From a bacterium (lineage in GTDB: Bacteria; Patescibacteriota; Minisyncoccia; Phycocordibacterales; UBA9973): a stretch of 64,000 nucleotides of DNA. A program made the position numbers and the translations under genes. Within the stretch, counting starts at the first letter, position 1. Every line of letters starts with the position of its first letter. Shown here one piece after another: positions 60,801 through 64,000 of this stretch. Below the pieces are notes generated by a model, which worked only from the letters and a program-made list of their open reading frames with translations, did not search any database and had not been told where the DNA came from. The stretch lies in NCBI GenBank assembly GCA_037143195.1, contig JBAWZD010000001.1, positions 144,892 to 208,891 on the forward strand, given 5' to 3'.

Positions 60801-61295
60801 ATGGATTCACTCATCACCACATTTCATATCGACTGGAAAATCATCATCGCGCAGCTTATAAACTTCGCGGTTGTGTTTGCTGTGCTCTATGTATTTGCGC
60901 TCAAGCCACTCAAGAAGCTCATGGATGAGCGTTCTGAGACAATCAAAGGTGGTCTCGACAATGCGGAAAAACAAAAGGAACTTTTGGCTGCACAAGAAAA
61001 GGAATACGCAGACGCGCTCGCTACCGCTCGCGCAGAAGCTGCAGTGATGCTCAGAGAAGCAAAAAAAGATACAGAGGCATACCGCGCAGAAATGATGGAA
61101 AAGGCACTCGCTGATGTTGCAAATACTGTTGCAAACGGCAAAAAACAGATTGAAGCTGACAAGGCAAAGATGATTGAAGATGCAAAGAAAGAAATCGTTG
61201 CGATCGTCATGCAAGCAACTGAAAAAGTACTTGGTGAAGTTGCTACTGGCAAAGTCGAAACCAAATTGGTCGAGGAGAGTATAAAGAATATTTAA
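60801..61295 (+). CDS. atpF: F0 subunit b
   Basis: AQLINF..KPL..ER..I, coiled coil. Confidence 0.95.
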   Translation: MDSLITTFHIDWKIIIAQLINFAVVFAVLYVFALKPLKKLMDERSETIKGGLDNAEKQKELLAAQEKEYADALATARAEAAVMLREAKKDTEAYRAEMMEKALADVANTVANGKKQIEADKAKMIEDAKKEIVAIVMQATEKVLGEVATGKVETKLVEESIKNI

Positions 61296-61298
61296 TAT

Positions 61299-61715
61299 AT
61301 GAGCGCCCGAGAGACAAAAGAATTAGCTCAAGTCTTGCTTGAAATGACGGATGAGAATCCTGAATCGCGCGAGGAGGCCCATGTGAAGAAAACCCTCAAG
61401 GAATTCGCCACATATCTCAAGAAAAAAGGTCTCTTGCGAAAAGCTGACGCAATCATCGCCGACTACCGCAGACTCTACAATAAGAAGCACAACATTGTAG
61501 AAGCGACGGTCACTCTGACGTCAAGACTTTCCGAACACACACGAGTTGAACTTCGAGAAGCACTGAAAAAGAAACACAACGCTCGCGAAGTACACATGCT
61601 CGAAAAAGTTGACCAACGTCTCATCGGCGGAATACGAGTACAAATAGAAGATGAAGTGTACGACAGCTCGATACAAAACTCACTGAAGCAATTACAAACA
61701 GAGTTACTCAAATAA
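61299..61715 (+). CDS. atpH: F1 subunit delta (short form)
   Basis: VDQRLIGGIRVQIEDEVYDSS; position in operon. Confidence 0.88.
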   Translation: MSARETKELAQVLLEMTDENPESREEAHVKKTLKEFATYLKKKGLLRKADAIIADYRRLYNKKHNIVEATVTLTSRLSEHTRVELREALKKKHNAREVHMLEKVDQRLIGGIRVQIEDEVYDSSIQNSLKQLQTELLK

Positions 61716-61721
61716 AGATAT

Positions 61722-63227
61722 ATGACTACAAAAAATCTCATCATCGAAAATCTGAAAAAAGAAATCGCACACTTCAAAAAAGATGCGACGACTGAACGTG
61801 TTGGAACCGTCACCGAAGTGTTTGACGGTATCGTTCGTGTATCAGGACTCACGACAATCAAATCTTCAGAAATGGTTTTGTTCCCATCGGGCGTTATGGG
61901 TGTTGCGCTCAACCTCGAAGAAGATTCAGTCGGTATCATCGTGCTCGGTGACTACGCGACGATTAAAGAAGGTGACGAAGTCAAAGCTACAGGAAAGATT
62001 CTTGAAATCGGAGTTGGCGAGGCACTCATCGGACGCACTGTTGACGTGCTTGGCAAGCCACTCGATGGCATGGGTGCAGTGAAGGCTTCAAAGACATATC
62101 CAATCGAACGTGTTGCCTCAGGCGTGATCACTCGTCAGTCAGTCGACCAGCCAATGCAGACTGGTATCAAAGCTATCGACGCCCTCGTACCGATTGGTCG
62201 TGGACAGCGTGAGCTCATCATCGGTGACCGTCAGACAGGAAAGACTGCAATCGCAATCGACACAATCCTCAACCAAAAAGGTCAGAACATGATCTGTGTG
62301 TACGTTTCAATCGGACAGAAAGATTCCAAACTCCGCAAACTCGAAACTCGTCTCCGCGAAGGTGGCGCGATGGATTACACAGTCATCGTTTCAGCGGGAG
62401 CATCCGATCCAGCAGCGCTCGCATACATTGCACCATACGCTGGAGTTTCTATTGCAGAATATTTCATGGACAAAGGTCAGGATGTGTTGATCGTCTACGA
62501 TGATCTCTCAAAGCACGCTGTGGCATACCGCGAAATCTCGCTCTTGCTCCGCCGTCCACCAGGTCGTGAAGCATATCCTGGAGACGTCTTTTATTTGCAC
62601 TCACGTCTCCTCGAGCGTGCGTGTCGCAAGAACAAAGAGTACGGTGGTGGATCAATCACTGCACTTCCAATCATCGAAACACAAGGAGGTGACGTGTCAG
62701 CATACATTCCTACAAACGTGATTTCGATTACGGACGGACAGATCTTCTTGGAAACAGATCTCTTCTACAAGGGTATCCGCCCAGCGATCAACGTCGGTCT
62801 CTCCGTGTCTCGCGTGGGAGGATCAGCACAGATTAAAGGTATGAAGAAGGTTGCGGGAACAATCAAGCTCGACCTCGCACAATTCCGTGAGCTCGAAGCG
62901 TTCAGTCAGTTCGGCAGTGACCTCGACGAAGCGACGAAGTCTCAGCTCGAACGTGGAAAGCGCGCAGTTGAACTTTTGAAACAGCCACAGTACTCACCAA
63001 TGCTCGTTGAACACCAGATTGTTGCGCTCTACGCGCTCGTGAAGGGATATCTCGACAGTATTCCTGTCGTGAAGATCGGCGAGTTTGAAAAAGGACTTGT
63101 CGAATATGTCGAGCAGAACGCAAAAACATTCCTCAAACAAGTTCGCGAAAAGAAAATGTGGGAGGACGATGGTGAGGCAGAATTGAAACAGGCTATCGAG
63201 GATTTCAAGAAGGTGTTTGTTAATTAG
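61722..63227 (+). CDS. atpA: F1 subunit alpha
   Basis: [28 protein letters not shown]. Confidence 0.98.
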   Translation: MTTKNLIIENLKKEIAHFKKDATTERVGTVTEVFDGIVRVSGLTTIKSSEMVLFPSGVMGVALNLEEDSVGIIVLGDYATIKEGDEVKATGKILEIGVGEALIGRTVDVLGKPLDGMGAVKASKTYPIERVASGVITRQSVDQPMQTGIKAIDALVPIGRGQRELIIGDRQTGKTAIAIDTILNQKGQNMICVYVSIGQKDSKLRKLETRLREGGAMDYTVIVSAGASDPAALAYIAPYAGVSIAEYFMDKGQDVLIVYDDLSKHAVAYREISLLLRRPPGREAYPGDVFYLHSRLLERACRKNKEYGGGSITALPIIETQGGDVSAYIPTNVISITDGQIFLETDLFYKGIRPAINVGLSVSRVGGSAQIKGMKKVAGTIKLDLAQFRELEAFSQFGSDLDEATKSQLERGKRAVELLKQPQYSPMLVEHQIVALYALVKGYLDSIPVVKIGEFEKGLVEYVEQNAKTFLKQVREKKMWEDDGEAELKQAIEDFKKVFVN

Positions 63228-63238
63228 TGATTATACAT

Positions 63239-63541
63239 ATGCCAGAATATCTCTTGATACTAGTAATTTTTGTTTCCGTTGGCTTATTCATCCAATTGAA
63301 ATATAAATTAAAAATATACGAAAACAAAATCCAGGCGATACATGTAATGCTGACCATGTTTTTGTTTGGACTTGCTTGGGACTACTTCGCTACATATCGG
63401 CATCATTGGATATTCCCTGGTAATGGGTTAATTGGAATTAGAATTTTCGGTTTACCAATCGAAGAGTTTCTCTTTTTTTTAATCGCCCCATATATTGCAT
63501 TGGTCGTGTTTAAATATCACGAACAGGAAGATAAGAAATAA
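63239..63541 (+). CDS. Lycopene-cyclase-domain (CrtYc/Yd-like) membrane protein
   Basis: WD..A....WIF....GIRIFGLPIEEFLFF. Confidence 0.75.
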   Translation: MPEYLLILVIFVSVGLFIQLKYKLKIYENKIQAIHVMLTMFLFGLAWDYFATYRHHWIFPGNGLIGIRIFGLPIEEFLFFLIAPYIALVVFKYHEQEDKK

Positions 63542-63614
63542 TTACGGCTGTTGAAAAAACAAATACAATACACCTCAGCTTTCAAATATAATGATTTTGT
63601 GATAAATTAAAAAC

Positions 63615-63911
63615 ATGTCAAGCGAACTCGAAACAATTAAAGATACAATCACCAGAGATAAGGCATATCTTGCCGAGACTTACGGGGTAAAGGAGATAGG
63701 AATCTTCGGTTCTGTTGCGCGTGGTGAAGCAACAGCCACGAGTGATATCGATATGATTGTGGGGTTCAGTAAACCGATTGGACTTGAATTTATGAGTCTC
63801 GCAGTGTACCTCGAGAAAATACTCGGCAGAAAGGTCGACCTTATGACTCGCAAAAGTATTCGTCCTGCATTTCAGAAATACATCCTGCCTACTATTATCC
63901 CGATTATTTAG
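63615..63911 (+). CDS. Minimal nucleotidyltransferase (MNT/MntA-type antitoxin)
   Basis: IFGSVARGE....SDID, LGRKVDL. Confidence 0.9.
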   Translation: MSSELETIKDTITRDKAYLAETYGVKEIGIFGSVARGEATATSDIDMIVGFSKPIGLEFMSLAVYLEKILGRKVDLMTRKSIRPAFQKYILPTIIPII

Positions 63912-63913
63912 TT

Positions 63914-64000
63914 ATGGAAAAAAGTATTGAAGCTTACAAGCAAGAAATTCTCACGGCGATTAAAGATATCGAGGATTTTTCAGCAGGCTTTAATTTGCCC
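63914..64000 (+). CDS. Probable HEPN/DUF86 (HepT) toxin, 3'-partial
   Basis: MEKSIEAYKQEILTAIKDIEDF.. resembles a DUF86 N-terminus; directly after the MNT gene. Confidence 0.65.
   Translation, partial: MEKSIEAYKQEILTAIKDIEDFSAGFNLP

Overview
This window looks like a Patescibacteria/CPR (Parcubacteria-like) chromosome segment. That placement is inferred from genetic code 11, scarce Shine-Dalgarno motifs, a split transketolase, short AtpH and PrfA, and a CPR-type C-terminal peptidoglycan-binding anchor. Core content: a giant CSLREA/Pmp-repeat surface protein (5' end outside the window), eno-gpmI, a pyrC-carA-carB-pyrB operon, an ECF sigma/anti-sigma/MacAB-like ABC operon, class I aldolase, mreD-mrdA-femX, greA-lysS, mraZ-rsmH-ftsL-ftsI-murF, four tRNAs (Glu-CTC, Arg-CCT, Phe-GAA, Ile-GAT), gap-rpiB-rpe-tkt, pfkB, an FAD oxidoreductase, prs, rplY, a lytic transglycosylase, rpmE, prfA, an RRM protein and an atp operon interrupted after atpA by a lycopene-cyclase-domain gene and an MNT-HEPN pair. 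AT-rich orphan genes with their own promoters are scattered between these. The most interesting signals are non-coding: (1) a valine leader-peptide attenuator and a second structured element in front of an orphan 607-aa gene rather than ilv/valS; (2) a three-way-junction sRNA with its own promoter, convergent with a putative BECR-fold nuclease; (3) two Y-shaped 3' RNA elements sharing an internal-loop motif; (4) a pyrL-like attenuator; (5) a 19-bp inverted repeat placed symmetrically between divergent orphan promoters; (6) pervasive leaderless promoters. All calls come from reading motifs by eye; no database searches were run.
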